Origin: Promethearchaeota archaeon
Lineage (GTDB): Archaea; Asgardarchaeota; Lokiarchaeia; Sigyniarchaeales; SOKP01
NCBI GenBank assembly: GCA_016930515.1
Contig: JAFGGO010000015.1
Location: forward strand, 1 to 37,003
Direction of reading: 5' to 3'
DNA length: 37,003 bases
This document shows positions 35,911 through 37,003 of this stretch, in pieces; positions within the stretch are counted from its first letter, which is position 1; every line of letters begins with the position of its first letter. The notes under the pieces are model-generated. The model did not search any database, was not told the DNA's origin, and was given only the letters and a program-made list of their open reading frames with translations. Both the position numbers and the translations under genes were made by a program.

Positions 35911-36099
35911 TTACCGAACTCTCAAGGCATATTTGCCAGGAATAAATATCTTTAGATATTCTGCTATTTTTGACTCTTTTGGGTCAATTATAATTACTTC
36001 TCCGTTATAATCGTCACTCAAAGAATGGGTCTTGCATTTTGGACAAATATTTTCGTTTTTCGTTATTAAATGACAATTTTTACAAGCTCTTTCCTTCAT
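35911..36099 (-). CDS. spt4: Transcription elongation factor Spt4 (RpoE'')
   Basis: ACKNC...CPKC, LSDDYNG.VIIIDP..S.IA, PGKYALRVR. Confidence 0.97.
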   Translation of the reverse strand: MKERACKNCHLITKNENICPKCKTHSLSDDYNGEVIIIDPKESKIAEYLKIFIPGKYALRVR

Positions 36100-36120
36100 A
36101 ATAGTTAAGTCCTCATTTCT

Positions 36121-36711
36121 TTATCCGCTTTCTTCGGCGGCAGGTTTTACATCATCGTCGTCAGAAAGGAAATCTTCTAAATCTTGTTCAATCCATTCTA
36201 TTTTTCCTAAAAACTTTTGTCTCATTGTCAAACCTAACTTGCCGCTTCTTCCCGTTCCAAGGGAAACTGCAATTATCTTTGCTCGAACTTGATCGTTAAC
36301 TTCCAGTATTTTTCCCGTTTCTTTTCCTATAAATCGATTGCTTACTTGCTCGTACGAGATATAATCGTCACATATTTGTGACACGTGTACTAATCCATCC
36401 AATGGCCCCATCCTGATAAAACTTCCGAAATCAACGATTTCAACAACGTCGCCCTCTATTACTTCCGAAATCGAAGGTTTGAATGCCAAGATGGTGAACT
36501 CAACCTCGTGGAACGTGTTTGCGTTTCCAGGAATGATGATCCCGGGTCCAACATTAAGAACATCAACAACAGCTATGATAAATCCGAAATCCCTTGTGAT
36601 GATCCCTTCAAAATCCTCGCTAAGAATAATTCTTGCTGAGATTGTTTTTTCTTGATCAAACAAAAAAGGAGGGATTTCAATTTTTGACCGAATAGTGTAT
36701 TTTACAAACAT
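36121..36711 (-). CDS. rpo7: DNA-directed RNA polymerase subunit Rpo7 (E')
   Basis: IPP..F, EVIEGDVVEIVDFGSFIRMGPLDGLVHVSQI, VRAKI, LGLTMRQ..LGK.EW. Confidence 0.97.
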   Translation of the reverse strand: MFVKYTIRSKIEIPPFLFDQEKTISARIILSEDFEGIITRDFGFIIAVVDVLNVGPGIIIPGNANTFHEVEFTILAFKPSISEVIEGDVVEIVDFGSFIRMGPLDGLVHVSQICDDYISYEQVSNRFIGKETGKILEVNDQVRAKIIAVSLGTGRSGKLGLTMRQKFLGKIEWIEQDLEDFLSDDDDVKPAAEESG

Positions 36712-36916
36712 TATACTTTACCGAGTTAATCAAAGATTTTAAAGAAGCGATAATAATTATTTTTCGTTTTCTCATCAAATTTGAGTGCATTGATGATGTC
36801 TAGATAATAACTTGAATACCACATGAAATTAATATTTTTCGGTTTGCTTTCCTTTGATGCGCAAATTAGGATGGAAATAGGAATTATCACAGTTACATAA
36901 AATCTGGACATCTGCA

Positions 36917-37003
36917 GATATCCTCTTTTTGGCCTGTAACTGACGGTCGTGACCACTCCTTATAGAAGAGGTCAATGTGATGCGCTTAAAGACGCGTGGT
37001 TGC
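36917..37003 (+). ncRNA. rnpB: Probable 5' end of RNase P RNA (truncated by window end)
   Basis: Relatively GC-rich and structured. UGUAACU-G-ACGGUC resembles the archaeal P2-G-P3 junction (recalled pattern GCAGCUGACGGUC). GUGACCAC (36949-36956) pairs with GUGGUUGC (36996-37003). The diagnostic GAGGAAAGUCC would lie outside the window. Confidence 0.45.

Noticed and set aside
36726-36956. 76 aa minus-strand ORF upstream of rpo7
   Set aside because: No recognisable motif (not the PIN protein expected here). It spans the likely divergent promoter region and overlaps the structured RNA candidate.
1-37003. CRISPR arrays, tRNA/rRNA genes, transposases, integrases, long DNA repeats
   Set aside because: None recognised by eye. 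Intergenic gaps are short and AT-rich. tRNAscan, Infernal and a self dot-plot would be needed to exclude them formally.

Overview
Low-GC archaeal chromosome segment, most likely from an Asgard archaeon of the Lokiarchaeia type. This is inferred from longin/small-GTPase fusions, a eukaryote-like STT3/AglB and an EF-2 paralog lacking the HRG diphthamide motif. Most genes are housekeeping: csl4, a METTL5-like methylase, eno, rfcS, truA, aglB, uvrB/uvrA, infB, cca, EF-2 paralog, rpl7ae, rps28e and rpo7-spt4-rps24e-rps27ae-kae1-bud32. The probable 5' end of RNase P RNA lies at the right edge. The most notable accessory content is a set of longin/DENN-like signalling proteins. (1) An Arf-like GTPase flanked by two uDENN-type longin domains, each with an RG motif at the position of the FLCN/SMCR8 GAP arginine finger, lies next to a longin-wHTH-helical gene. 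(2) A wHTH-V4R regulator is fused to a folliculin-like cDENN/dDENN module. (3) A second longin-Arf fusion is present. Also notable are an AglB with five extra beta-sandwich repeats and a candidate K-turn in the rpl7ae leader. No tRNA, rRNA, CRISPR array or transposase was seen. All family calls come from motif recognition by eye; no searches were run.
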